DNA of 64,000 nucleotides from Octopus bimaculoides (lineage: Eukaryota), in NCBI RefSeq assembly GCF_001194135.2, contig NC_069008.1, forward strand, positions 8,929,163 through 8,993,162, in the 5' to 3' direction. The notes beneath the pieces were generated by a model. That model did no database searches. It was not told where the DNA came from and was given only the letters and a program-made list of their open reading frames with translations. Of this stretch, positions 1-12,307 are shown in pieces (positions within the stretch are counted from its first letter, which is position 1; each line of letters begins with the position of its first letter). The position numbers and the translations under genes are program-made.

Positions 1-27
1 GAAACCTAGGTCCTTAACTATCACGTA

Positions 28-62
<35 letters not shown>

Positions 63-147
63 TCTTCTACTTGTTTCAGTCATTTGGCTGCAGCCATGCT
101 GGACCACCACTTTTAGTCGAACAAATCAACCCCACATATACACATAC

Positions 148-186
<39 letters not shown>

Positions 187-354
187 TATATATATATATA
201 TATATATAAATGTATGTATGCATGTATATGTGTATATATATGTATGTATATATAAGTATATATACAGATTTATATATATATACCGGAGTAAGCACATAAA
301 ATGTGCAACAAGGTGGAAAAAAAAGTACTCAAATACCAGAGGTAGAGTAATATG

Positions 355-441
355 CTTTATTTAAAAGCAACAGAAATATAACAAAAGACTGTTACTCAGA
401 GTAACAGTCTTTTGTTATATTTCTGCTGCTTTTAAATAAAG
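355..441. repeat. near-perfect 43-bp palindrome (1-nt spacer)
   Basis: 355-397 is the reverse complement of 399-441 with one mismatch; centre GTTACTC-A-GAGTAAC. Confidence 0.9.
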
Positions 442-496
442 TATATATATATATAAGAATTTAAGGATTGGAGAAAACGCATGTTATAATTGCATA

Positions 497-587
497 CTTT
501 ATTCCTACATATGTTTCAAAGGATTACAACCTGTGTGATCCATAGGGATCTTTGATATTAAAATTGTAACCTTCTCATCAGGGAAAG
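497..587 (-). ncRNA. minimal type I hammerhead ribozyme, intact core
   Basis: Minus strand: TTCC-CTGATGA (581-575)-long branched stem II-GAAAC (517-513)-ATAT-GTA (508-506)-GGAA. Stem I is TTCC/GGAA; stem III is the palindrome ACATATGT. Confidence 0.8.
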
Positions 588-942
588 CATGGGAATCATC
601 TTAAACGTAAGACATTATGACCGNNNNNNNNNNNNNNNNNNNNNNNNNNNNNNNNNNNNNNNNNNNNNNNNNNNNNNNNNNNNNNNNNNNNNNNNNNNNN
701 NNNNNNNNNNNNNNNNNNNNNNNNNNNNNNNNNNNNNNNNNNNNNNNNNNNNNNNNNNNNNNNNNNNNNNNNNNNNNNNNNNNNNNNNNNNNNNNNNNNN
801 NNNNNNNNNNNNNNNNNNNNNNNNNNNNNNNNNNNNNNNNNNNNNNNNNNNNNNNNNNNNNNNNNNNNNNNNNNNNNNNNNNNNNNNNNNNNNNNNNNNN
901 NNNNNNNNNNNNNNNNNNNNNNNNNTATATATATATATATAT

Positions 943-1182
943 TAAATTCAAATTACGATGAATGTAAACAAACAAACGAAGTTTACTTTAGAAGCATTGA
1001 GATGTCTTAGAAAGTTAAAGAAGTGATTTTAAATTCTCAAACGCAGGATAATGCTAATAATATAGCCTGAACAGGATAAACTACCCCCATTTTGCAGAAA
1101 AAAGTGTTGGCGGCTGGCTGCAAAATAGGGGTACCTTATCCTGTTCAGGCTATATTATTAGCATTATCCTGCGTTTGAGAAT
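943..1182. mobile_element. palindromic (foldback) element, internally deleted copy
   Basis: Arms ATTCTCAAACGCAGGATAATGCTAATAATATAGCCTGAACAGGATAA (from 1033) and its reverse complement (to 1182). 943-1110 is homologous to 62561-62710. Sits in a (TA)n tract. Confidence 0.75.
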
Positions 1183-1889
1183 GTATATATATACTTATGT
1201 ATATATAGATTTATATAAATTAGTGTATGTTTTTATACACAAAAAAGGTGACCTTTCACAGGACACCTTACATGCTGGAAAGGGCAACACTGAAGATACA
1301 TGTGTTCCAACTGTATACATTAGAATTTTTCAAATCCACTGTGCAAGCACAGCTACAATCGGCATCAAATAATAAGAAGAATTAAAACTGCATACCAAAG
1401 GTCTTCAAAATTATGAAAATAATAAGGGTTGAAAATTTAGAGAAATATTCTATCAGTGGCCAGCATGCATAATAAAGTCAATAGAAACATATTTTTCATA
1501 TAAATTAGTGTTTGTTTTTATACACAAAAGTGGTGACCTTTAACAGCATACCTTACATGCTGGAAAGGGCAATTAAGCCCAAACCACAAATAAGAATAAT
1601 TTGAAAGGGAATGAAAAATAAAAACATTTCAATAGTTACCTTCATACTCAAGTTTCTGTATCAATGTGCAAATAAAATAATTTGCTATCCGTGCTTCTTC
1701 AGTAAGGGCACTAAAATTAATATATATATAGAAATATATATACATATNNNNNNNNNNAGATTGAGATGAATTAGGTACTTGAGGCACCAGAATTTAGTAT
1801 GGTATTATTCATACAATTTCAAAATAAGGTGATTAAAATCAAAATAAGCAACAAGGATATCCAGAGGTAATGCAGTACGATCGTTTCAA

Positions 1890-2391
1890 CGATGGCAAAA
1901 ATTTTAATATTATTCTCATTTCCTCTGCCAAATTGGACAAAAAGGTTTTCATGAAATATTATATGATACTTATAATGCATAAGTAGTGTCGATATTTTAT
2001 CGTCGGAAAATGGCCTAAAACAAAGATAAAACCCAATGCAGTATACTCAAATCTGATTAATTTGCATTTTGGAGGGGAGCCCATAGTCGGCGTCAGAAAT
2101 CTTTTTGTAGTCAACAGCAATTCAAGGAGCTTGATTAATGTTTGTTGCAAATTTGGAGGAAAGTGACTGGATACTCTTCAAGTTACGAGCCTGAACGCTG
2201 CAAAAATGCTTAAAAATGCGGTTTATCTGCCCCTGGGCCTACATTAGGCAAGAAGTTGAAAAAAATGTTTGACCCATGACACTCCATGGACTCTCTGTAA
2301 TGCATGTGTAAAATTTCATTAAAATTGGTTGAGTGGATCTTGAGTTATAACATGACAAACATACAGACACATCCTGAGTTTTATATATAGA
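1890..2391 (-). mobile_element. non-autonomous Helitron-like element, 5' part
   Basis: Minus strand begins TCTATATATAAAACTCAGGATGTGTCTGTATGTTTGTC...ACCAATTTTAATGAAATTTTAC, a layout typical of short invertebrate Helitron-like elements. 3' boundary uncertain. Confidence 0.45.
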
Positions 2392-2626
2392 GATTGTATA
2401 AAAAAGATTTTTTAAATATTTTGTGTATTATAGAAGTGTAAGCTGTTTATTGCAGATAAATTTTAACCACAAAATCTTATATGGACCCTGATTGAGCCCC
2501 AGCAGGTTAAACGATAATCATTCTACTTCCCTAGCAATAGTATAAACTACTTGTCGATTATGTCCCTGTCTTTTCTCTTTCTCTCTCTCTCATTTTGACT
2601 CCACACATATTTTTCTCCCTCAAAAG

Positions 2627-2762
2627 GATGGACCCAGCCAATTTACCTGCAAAGGAGGGCATCCAAAGAATTGAGAAACAAACAGACAATGGCCTGGAAG
2701 GTTCATACGACATGGAGGTTGAAGATATGGAAGGCAGTGACAATGACGTCAACAATCCCCTG
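2627..2762 (+). CDS. probable coding exon of an unidentified protein with acidic C-terminus (MDPANLPAKEGIQRIEKQTDNGLEGSYDMEVEDMEGSDNDVNNPL)
   Basis: Pyrimidine tract plus AAG acceptor at 2626, GTAAGA donor at 2763, open frame, higher GC than flanks; joins 4128 in phase 0. Confidence 0.6.
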
Positions 2763-3249
2763 GTAAGATAAATGACCTGTTGTTAATGCCTGGATTAAGT
2801 ATTGCTTTGTTTCATTGAAATATATGTATATATATTCAAGAAAGAATTCAGTAAAAGAAGGTAAAACAATGTTGTAATAAAAGAAAAATTTAATAGATTT
2901 AAGTACACATTAGTTTTTCACAACCATCGAAGCATGAAACGCTCCTCATGAACACTAATTCATGAGATGGTTGTGACCTGTAAACAGTTTTGAGTAGGAA
3001 CCAGAAAGAGAAGTATGAATATGTGTGCAATGAAGTGTGCACACTGAATTTGTAAAATGAAAGAGAAGAATAAAAATGCAATGCATATGTCAAGGTAAAA
3101 TGGAAGATAAGAATAAAACGAGTCATATGATGGCACATGTGAGACCACCATCATGCAGCTTTGCTGCAATCTTCTTGCTTAGTTCTATGTACAGTATTAT
3201 ATACTTCAAACCACATTGAAATATAGGTATAGAGTCAAGGAAGAATTAA

Positions 3250-3493
3250 CCCCTTGGCATACAGATTATTCTGTCAAATGTAAAACTTATTCATTCACAT
3301 TTCATTGAACTAATCCTGCATTATCTCATAGTTTTGATATTTCAATGATGTGATTGTTTATTCCTAGAATAGGTGTGACTGTTTATTGTGATTGTTTATT
3401 GTAGGATAGGTGTGAGGGGCTGGATCTGATCAGTTTGAACATAAAACTGGTAGAATATTTTGGCCAAATACAGCTGGTTTAAATGTTAAAAGG
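3250..3493. mobile_element. piggyBac-like MITE, degenerate
   Basis: TTAA|CCCCTTGGCAT...ATGTTAAAAGG|CTAA; internal sequence homologous to 60427-60642. Confidence 0.55.
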
Positions 3494-3799
3494 CTAAGTA
3501 AAAGAAAGTAAAACAATATTGAAATAAAAGAAATATGTAAAAGGAATAGATGTAGCTGTGTAGTTAGAAGCTTGCTTCCTAACCTATATATATATATATG
3601 TGTTATCATATACCCGTTTTTCATGCTGGCATGGGTTGGATGGTTTAACAGCAGCTGGTAAGGCTCTGAGTCTGTTTTGGCATGGTTTCTACAGCTGGAT
3701 GCCCTTCCTAACACCAACCACTTTGCTGAGAGTACTGGGTGCTTTCTATGTGGCACCAGCACAAGTATCAATTCTACCATGGTGGACAGGTCTTCTTGA

Positions 3800-3960
3800 G
3801 AACAGCAAGGTACCAGATATCTCGTTCCTTTATCATCTCCTTTGTAAGGTTCAGCATTTTGAGATCAGCCTTCAATACTTCATCCCATGTCTTCCTGGGT
3901 CTCCTTCATCCACAGCTTCCCTTCACTTTAAGTGATCATCCAACAGAATGGATATTGTTA
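3800..3960 (-). mobile_element. RTE-clade LINE 3' ORF fragment
   Basis: Minus strand translates to RRPRKTWDEVLKADLKMLNLTKEMIKERD, matching the RTE C-terminal GRPRKTW motif. Confidence 0.6.
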
Positions 3961-4127
3961 TTTGTTGTCCACAGAAACACTTTGACCATTTTATCCAGAG
4001 GCATAAACAAAATAGGTCATTCAAACAGATTAGTTTTGGGGGGATTTTTTTTGTTTTGTTTTGTTTTTCTGTGCATGTATTGATTGAAATTGGTTTCTTT
4101 AGTGATTCTTTCTTTCTTATTTGACAG

Positions 4128-4184
4128 GGAGACCTAGAAGGCAGTGACGTCGAAAGCAACTGGTCGGAGACTGACTTCAGCTAG
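4128..4184 (+). CDS. probable terminal coding exon (GDLEGSDVESNWSETDFS*)
   Basis: TTTCTTATTTGACAG acceptor at 4127, TAG stop 4182-4184; repeats the D(M/L)EGSD motif (GAAGGCAGTGAC) of the upstream exon in the same frame. Confidence 0.6.
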   Translation, partial: GDLEGSDVESNWSETDFS

Positions 4185-5420
4185 CAAACCAGGAAGCACT
4201 TCATGTGTTCCACCACCACCCCTGACCTTCAGTCCCCCACAACCCCATTTACTCCCTGGGATATTAGTTTTAAGAGAGAAGCAATACAGATCATCTCTTA
4301 TCTGCACACACACATACACTTTCTCCCTCTCACCAGCCATTAACTTTTGTTCTTTGTCTTCTCATGCAACATTGCACTGCCACAACAACACAATTACTAC
4401 CACCACAACACTGTCAGATGACACTACTACACTTCAATACAATTCTCTTATTACTGCCTCANNNNNNNNNNNNNNNNNNNNNNNNNNNNNNNNNNNNNNN
4501 NNNNNNNNNNNNNNNNNNNNNNNNNNNNNNNNNNNNNNNNNNNNNNNNNNNNNNNNNNNNNNNNNNNNNNNNNNNNNNNNNNNNNNNNNNNNNNNNNNNN
4601 NNNNNNNNNNNNNNNNNNNNNNNNNNNNNNNNNNNNNNNNNNNNNNNNNNNNNNNNNNNNNNNNNNNNNNNNNNNNNNNNNNNNNNNNNNNNNNNNNNNN
4701 NNNNNNNNNNNNNNNNNNNNNNNNNNNNNNNNNNNNNNNNNNNNNNNNNNNNNNNNNNNNNNNNNNNNNNNNNNNNNNNNNNNNNNNNNNNNNNNNNNNN
4801 NNNNNNNNNNNNNNNNNNNNNNNNNNNNNNNNNNNNNNNNNNNNNNNNNNNNNNNNNNNNNNNNNNNNNNNNNNNNNNNNNNNNNNNNNNNNNNNNNNNN
4901 NNNNNNNNNNNNNNNNNNNNNNNNNNNNNNNNNNNNNNNNNNNNNNNNNNNNNNNNNNNNNNNNNNNNNNNNNNNNNNNNNNNNNNNNNNNNNNNNNNNN
5001 NNNNNNNNNNNNNNNNNNNNNNNNNNNNNNNNNNNNNNNNNNNNNNNNNNNNNNNNNNNNNNNNNNNNNNNNNNNNNNNNNNNNNNNNNNNNNNNNNNNN
5101 NNNNNNNNNNNNNNNNNNNNNNNNNNNNNNNNNNNNNNNNNNNNNNNNNNNNNNNNNNNNNNNNNNNNNNNNNNNNNNNNNNNNNNNNNNNNNNNNNNNN
5201 NNNNNNNNNNNNNNNNNNNNNNNNNNNNNNNNNNNNNNNNNNNNNNNNNNNNNNNNNNNNNNNNNNNNNNNNNNNNNNNNNNNNNNNNNNNNNNNNNNNN
5301 NNNNNNNNNNNNNNNNNNNNNNNNNNNNNNNNNNNNNNNNNNNNNNNNNNNNNNNNNNNNNNNNNNNNNNNNNNNNNNNNNNNNNNNNNNNNNNNNNNNN
5401 NNNNNNNNNNNNNNNNNNNA

Positions 5421-5695
5421 GCGAGATCGTTGCCAGTGCCCCTGGACTGGCTTGTGCGGATGGCACATAAAAGACACCATTTTGAGCGTGGTCGTTTTCG
5501 TGCGGGTGACACGTAAAAGCACCCACTACACTCTCTGAGTGGTTGGCGTTAGGAAGGGCATCCAGCTGTAGAAACTCTGCCAAATTAGATTGGAGCCTGG
5601 TGTTGCCATCCGGTTTCACCAGTCCTCAGTCAAATCGTCCAACCCATGCTAGCATGGAAAGCGGACGTTAAACGATGATGATGATGATGATGATT
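5421..5695 (+). mobile_element. SINE family B, young copy with (GAT)n tail
   Basis: Core TGGTTGGCGTTAGGAAGGGCATCCAGCTGTAGAAA...GCATGGAAAGCGGACGTTAAACGATGATG; near-identical to 47460-47635. Other copies at about 6.6-7.1, 11.2-11.8, 14.8-15.0, 18.0-18.3, 34.4-35.0(-), 41.55-41.75(-), 44.5-44.7, 48.5-48.9(-), 50.3-50.7(-), 57.7-57.8(-) and 62.4 kb. Confidence 0.85.
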
Positions 5696-6465
5696 TGTGT
5701 GTGCATGTTTATATGTGTGTGTGTGTGTGTGAATGTTTTTGTGTGTTCATGTATGTGTGTGTGCCAGTCTTAGAAATGTATGTGAGAAGGGTGAATTAGA
5801 ATTACATTAAAATTATGATACCAAAAACTCAAGCAACCAGACGAACAAGACATGAGCACATTCACCTTTAAAATAAACAGGAAAATAGAAATGCATAACT
5901 GGGATATGATATCACAGACATAAGTGGGAACTGAAATAGAATTAGCCATTAAATACTTCTGTCCTTAAACTTCTTTCATTATTGACTATTTTCTTTTTCT
6001 TGGAACAGAAGCATAAATTAAATGATTGAAAGACAGAATTTCTGTTATGGTATTGTGAAGTGGAAGAGTGAAGACAAGAGAATGAGCAGCAAATGTACTA
6101 TTTGTATCAAAATTCAGCCTTTTAACGAGATGGTATGTTTATTTTTGTACTGGAAGAAAACATTTAGAATATGGAATAATAAGAGACTTCAAAGAATGAG
6201 GTATTTGATAAACTATTTGAGGCTTATGTCTACGGCAATGCATCCCCACATTACACTTTTATTATCTATGTTACAAAGGCACAGGTTTGGCTGTGAGATT
6301 AAGAAGTTTGCTTTCCAACCATATGGTTTCATGTTCAGTTCCATTCTGTAGCACATTGAGCAAGTGTCTTTTACAGCCCCAGGCCAACCAAAGTCTTGTG
6401 ATGGATTTGAGAGACAGAAATTAAATGAAGCCCATCATGTGTGTGTATATCTATATATGTATGTA

Positions 6466-6518
<53 letters not shown>

Positions 6519-6540
6519 GTATATTTCTATCTCTTCTCTA

Positions 6541-6572
<32 letters not shown>

Positions 6573-7869
6573 TCTCTCTCTATCATCATCATCATCATCA
6601 TCATGTACCTCCTCTATAGCAAGACACCTATTTCTAACTCTCTATTTCTCTGTCACACTCTAGCCTTTCTGATACCAGATCACCTCCTCCAATGTCCTCT
6701 CTATTATAGCAAGACACCTGCTTCTGCCTCTCTGTTTCTTTGTCACACTTTAACCTTTCATCTCTGACACAAGTTCCCCTCCTCAAATGCCCCTGCCCCT
6801 CTCATAATTCCTTGTCTTGCAAGTTACTTGATGACCCTGCCAGTGCTGGTGCCATGTTAAAAGCATTCAGTCTACACTGTAAAGTGGTTGGCATTTGGAA
6901 GGGCATCTAGCTGTAAAAATCATGCCAAAACTAGCCTGTGCTAGTGCTACATAAAAAGTATCAAGTACTCTCTGCAGAGTGGTTGGTGTTAGGAAGGATG
7001 TCCAGCCATAAAAACCCTGCCAAAACACACAGTAGCCTAGGGTAGTTTTCTATCTGGCTGGATCCTATCAACCGTCCTACCCATGCATGCATGGAAGACA
7101 AATGTTAAACGATGATGATTTTATATATATATATATATATATAGTGTGTGTGTGTAATATACACACACAAGCACGTGTGTGTTGGTGTGAGTGTGTGTAT
7201 GTATGTGTCTCCTTGTCCTGGCATTGCATGATAGTCGTGAAATCATACAAGCAGTGTCCTTCATTTTCAATATTCTTCAAACACGTCTGGCCACATGCAA
7301 ATGTTACCTTACTTGGAAACAGGTGAAGATTGGTGACAGAGAAAGCATCCAACTGTAGAAAATCTGCCTCAATAAATTTCTTGTTGACCCATGCAAGTTT
7401 TTAAAAGTGAACATTAAAACAATGATGAGGATGTATTTCTGTAAGTAAAGATACTTGCCACATTTAGCTTGTCTTGTTTTGACATAGTATTATCCAGGCG
7501 TGGCTGGATAATACTGACTTTATTGCATTGAAATATAGGTATATATTTAAGAAAGAAATAAAAGATGGTAAAATTATACTGAAATGAAAAAAAATATTTA
7601 ATAGGCTCAGGCATAGCTGTGTGGCCTGAGGCTATAAGTAGAAAACACTTCCCCAAGGTGCTACTGTTTGGCACCTTGGGCAAGTATTTTCCACTTATAG
7701 CCTCAGGCTGAACAAAAGCTTGTGAGTGGATTTTGTAGATAGAAACTGAAAGAAGCCCGTCAAATATATGATGGCGGCAGTGGCTTTATCTCATATCCAA
7801 GAATTTAGATCTTTGTTGAATGCTTTTTTTTATGGTGATGGCATTGATGACTAAGTAGACCAATTCTTG

Positions 7870-7960
7870 TATAAAAGAGTTGATGGCATTGACTGCATGG
7901 TAATGTTGCTGGAGGACAAGGGTGATTCTTTAAAGCCTTTCTCTCCTGTCATTTGATTTC
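7870..7960 (-). mobile_element. LINE 3' fragment with terminal zinc-finger-like motif
   Basis: Minus strand translates to CSQCHQLFYTRIGLLSHQCHH, resembling the C-x2-C...IGL-x-SH end of RTE-type ORFs. Confidence 0.45.
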
Positions 7961-8031
7961 TTCATTTTTTTTTCTCTTCTGGTGGCTTTGAAGTTTTATA
8001 TAATATAATAATAATAATAATTTAAGTAATG

Positions 8032-8339
8032 AGAAGATGGACTTGGTATTAATCTTAATTTTGTGCAACAGTTGTTTCAGCCCATCTTGTTACTGTCCCT
8101 TATAGATGAGACTCCTTTCATCATGTTGTGTTGCGCTAAAGATCTTGAGTTTTGGCTGAGCCGAAACTCAGGATCTTTAGCAAGATGCACCTTTATGTAT
8201 GGATGTACCTGATGAGAACCAGATTGCAAAATTGATGCAATACAACATGTTGAACGAAGTCCTGCCCATAAGGGACAGTAGCAGGATGGATCAAAAGGAC
8301 CACTGTACAAAGTAAGGATTAATACCAAATCCATCTTCT
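8032..8339. mobile_element. MITE-like element with about 75-bp imperfect TIRs
   Basis: AGAAGATGGACTTGGTATTAATC...ACTGTCCCTTAT pairs with ATAAGGGACAGT...GATTAATACCAAATCCATCTTCT; internal hairpin AAAGATCTTGAGTTTT/GAAACTCAGGATCTTT. Confidence 0.6.
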
Positions 8340-8699
8340 GGTTACTAAAGAAATTATTACTACCTCAACTAACACTGCTAAGTTCCTAAAGTAGATCCAA
8401 TGGAAACATACCCCAACTGCGGATGACACCAGGTAGGCCAAACTGTGCCAGTGCTCTACTCAACACTTCAACACACTAATCGACATATACACATTAGTCC
8501 AAAAATATTAAATATATATCTATATATATCTGTGGTTGGCTTTGTATCTGTGTCTCTCTCCACCACCACTTGATAACTAGTGTTGGTGTGTTTACCAGGC
8601 TTGCCAAAATTAAGTACTGGGGTCTATTCATTCAACTAAAAATTCTTCAGGGTGAAGTTTCTTAAGACCATTTTACTTCCAGCACATTTATTCTCACAT

Positions 8700-9210
8700 A
8701 ACATAATAACAAAAAAGGCATGTAGCCAAATGGTTTGGGTATTCGGCTCACAATCATATGTTCATGAGTTCAATTCCCAGTGGCATGTGTCCTTGAGCAA
8801 GACATTTTATTTCACATTGTTCCAGTCCACTGAACTGGCAAAAATGAATAGTACCTGTAATTCAAAAGGGCCAGCCTTGTCACATTCTGTGTCATACTGA
8901 ATCTCTTTGAGAACTATGTTAAGGGTTCACATGTCTGTGGAGTACTCAGCCAATTACACATTAATTTCATGAACTGTCTGGAACCCTCATCATTGTAACC
9001 GAGTGGCAGTGTGTGTGAGATCAGGGGTTTGAGTCCTAGCATCACATTGTGTCTTTGAGCTGGCAAAAGCGAGTTGTACTTGTAATTCAAAAGGGCCAGC
9101 GTTGTCACATTCTGCAGAGTGCTCTACCGCTTGTGCATTAATTTCATGAGCAGGCTGTTCTGTTGATTGGATCAACTGGAACACTTGTCAGCATAACTGA
9201 CAGTGTGCCA
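8700..9210 (+). mobile_element. two tandem degenerate copies of SINE family C
   Basis: tRNA-like heads (GAGTTCAATTCCC) and body CTGTAATTCAAAAGGGCCAGCCTTGTCAC shared with 51876-52261 and 60790-61070. Confidence 0.7.
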
Positions 9211-9567
9211 AAAAAAAAGAAAATAAATAAATATGTTAGATTATTTTTCCACAAAATATCTTAAAGTTCAGTGTTCTTAGTATTTGATCTTTTAAGTTGT
9301 CTGTCCTGAATTTTAGGTTATTTGAATTCAGCCTTCTCACATTATGACCCTAACCTGTAAATATATGTGTGTGTGTGTGTGTATATTTATATATATGTAT
9401 GTATGTGTATATCATAACCATTTTTCATTACTTTTCCATGCTTGCTTGCGTGATATAGTGTGTGTGTGTGTGTATGTGTGTATCCGTATATACATATATA
9501 TATATAAAAGCATATATGTAAATAAATATATATAAACACAGCTTTAGTTTTGGGTCCTCCAACACTG

Positions 9568-9619
<52 letters not shown>

Positions 9620-10049
9620 CACACACACACACATACATACATATGTATTCACAAACATTTGTACATATATTTGTGTATGTGTTTATATGTATTAGATATT
9701 GATATGTGTGTATATTTATATATATAGATATTCAATTACAAATTAAAAGCAGCACTTGTGTTGTAAACATTATCGATCAAACATACTCAATGTATGTGCT
9801 TTGTTTGTTCACCAGTATACTGTGGAATAGCATTGTGGGGGTGATTCCCTACAAGTACTGGGTATTAAAATACCTGAGAGTCATAGACAAGCAAGACAAC
9901 TCACCTACCTGTCTATGACTTACTTTCTTGTGTTTTAACACCCAGTGCTTTGAGTGGGTAATTCAGGTGGTCAAACAACTGAATCCTCATCCAGAAACAG
10001 TGTATCATCCATTTGTGTGTGTGTGTGTAAATATATATAAATATGTGTA

Positions 10050-10091
<42 letters not shown>

Positions 10092-10171
10092 CACACATAC
10101 ATACATGTATGTATCTATGTTGTCATCATCATAACAGGATACAGCAAGCTGCAAGGTTGTGTCAAGCTCCA

Positions 10172-10202
<31 letters not shown>

Positions 10203-10968
10203 AGTGTGGTCAGTCTGTGTAGTTTTATGTACTTAGCAACAATATGACAAAGTAAGCCAAGGTTATTCAATGTCTTATCTCTTCAGACCTTATCTCAGAA
10301 AGTGATAAGTTCTAAAGATATCAGACCATGAATACGTAAGAAGAGGTTCAGGGATGTTTAGATAAAGAGAATGGATTAAATAGTTATGTAGACAGATGAG
10401 TACATCAGCTTTGTGTATATGTTGTTCTAAATATGTAGATGAATGGGTTATATATATCATGTGATGACGTGACTGACCAGCTGTTGTTACACATCACTGG
10501 TCATAAATGCACTTTACATTGGTTTAGCCTTTGAGTGACACCACACTGCTGGCATGGTAAGCAGGTCGACATGCAGAGATTTGTGCATTTCATTAAGACA
10601 TGGGGTTTTTATGTTTCTTTAACATTATAGGTGCAGGCATGTCTGTGGTTAAGAAGTTCACCTCCTGACCATATAGTTTGAGTTCAGTCTCACTGTGTGG
10701 CACTTTGGGCAAGTGTCTTCTCTTGTAGCCTTGTGAGTGGATTTGATAGAGAGAAACTGAAAGAAGCCTTTGTTATACCTTTTACTTGTGTCATGCTGGA
10801 GCACTGCCTTGAGGAATTTTTAATCAAATGTATTCACTCCAGTACTTATTTTTTAAAAGCCTGGTACTTATTCTTTTGCCAAACCACTAAGTTTCAGGGA
10901 TGTAAACACATCAGCACTTATCATGCAGTGGTGTGGAGACAAACACAGACACAAAGACACACACATAA

Positions 10969-11029
<61 letters not shown>

Positions 11030-12137
11030 TACATACATACATACATACCACAGTGTCAGTGTCTTGAGAAAAAAGTTGGGCATAAGAGGCATCAGATGTG
11101 GTGTGCAAGAGAGACGACTGCACTAGTGTGATGATGTAATGCAATTGGACAGCTGTCTGAAGAAGTGCCGATCTCTAACTGTAGAGGGAACCTGTGAAAT
11201 GAGGCAATGACAAGTGACTGAGACCGTTTCCAATATCCTGTGCATCAGAAGACCCATCAAGCCAAGTGAAATTGCAGTATGGACCAATGCCAGTATCTTG
11301 TAACTAGCGCTTGTGCCTGCAGCATGTAAAAAGCACCCTTAGAACATGGAGTGATGCGCTGTATTGAGAAAACCCATCAAGCCAAGTGCAATTGTAGTCA
11401 TGGCCAATACCTGTGTCATGTAACTGGCACCCATGCTGGTGGCACGTAAAAAAACACTGTTCTAACTTTGGGCCTCAAGGAAGGAGTGACAAATCACCGA
11501 GACCTACGGTAATATACTGTGCTTGAGAAAACTTGTTAAGTCAAGTGAGATTGTAGTCATCGCCATTGCTGGTGTTATGTAACTGGCACCTGTTCTGGTG
11601 ACATGTAAAAGCACCCACTACACTCTTGGGGTGGTTGGTGTTAGGAAGGGCATCCAGCTGTAGAGACCATATCAGATCAGATTGGAACCTGGTGCAGCTT
11701 ACCAGTTTTCTGTCAAACCGTCTAAGCTGTGCCAGCATGGAAAACAGACGTTAAATGATAATGGTTTATATGACCGGTTTCTTTCAGTTTCCGTCAACTA
11801 AATCCATTCACAAGGCTTTGGTCAGCTACGCTCTTTAACAGAAAGGAATAAGAGAAAATAAACAGAGAGAATGAAAAACAATTGTAGATATACATATACA
11901 TTTACCTAAGTGTGTTTATAACTTTGTGTCCGTGTTTGTCCCCAGCTACTGCTTGACGACTGGTGTTGGTTTCTTTATGTCCCCATAACTTAGTGGTTCA
12001 GCTAAAGAAACTGATAGAATAAGTACCAGGTTTTAAAAATAAATAAATAAAGTCTGGAGTTGGTTCATTTCAGTAAAATTCTTCAAGGCAGTTCCCAGAA
12101 TGATCTAATGACTGAAACAAATAAAAGGAAAAAGAAG

Positions 12138-12177
<40 letters not shown>

Positions 12178-12216
12178 AATTTAAGGATTGGAGAAAACGC
12201 ATGTTATAATTGCATA

Positions 12217-12307
12217 CTTTATTCCTACATATGTTTCAAAGGATTACAACCTGTGTGATCCATAGGGATCTTTGATATTAAAATTGTAACCTTCTCATCA
12301 GGGAAAG
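12217..12307 (-). ncRNA. minimal type I hammerhead ribozyme, second identical copy
   Basis: 12175-12343 is identical by eye to 455-623 (offset 11720); both follow (TA)n and run into N gaps. Confidence 0.8.

Noticed and set aside
11190-11620. Regularly spaced repeats resembling a CRISPR array
   Set aside because: Degenerate tandem modules within a SINE body; no constant repeat with unique spacers, and the context is eukaryotic.
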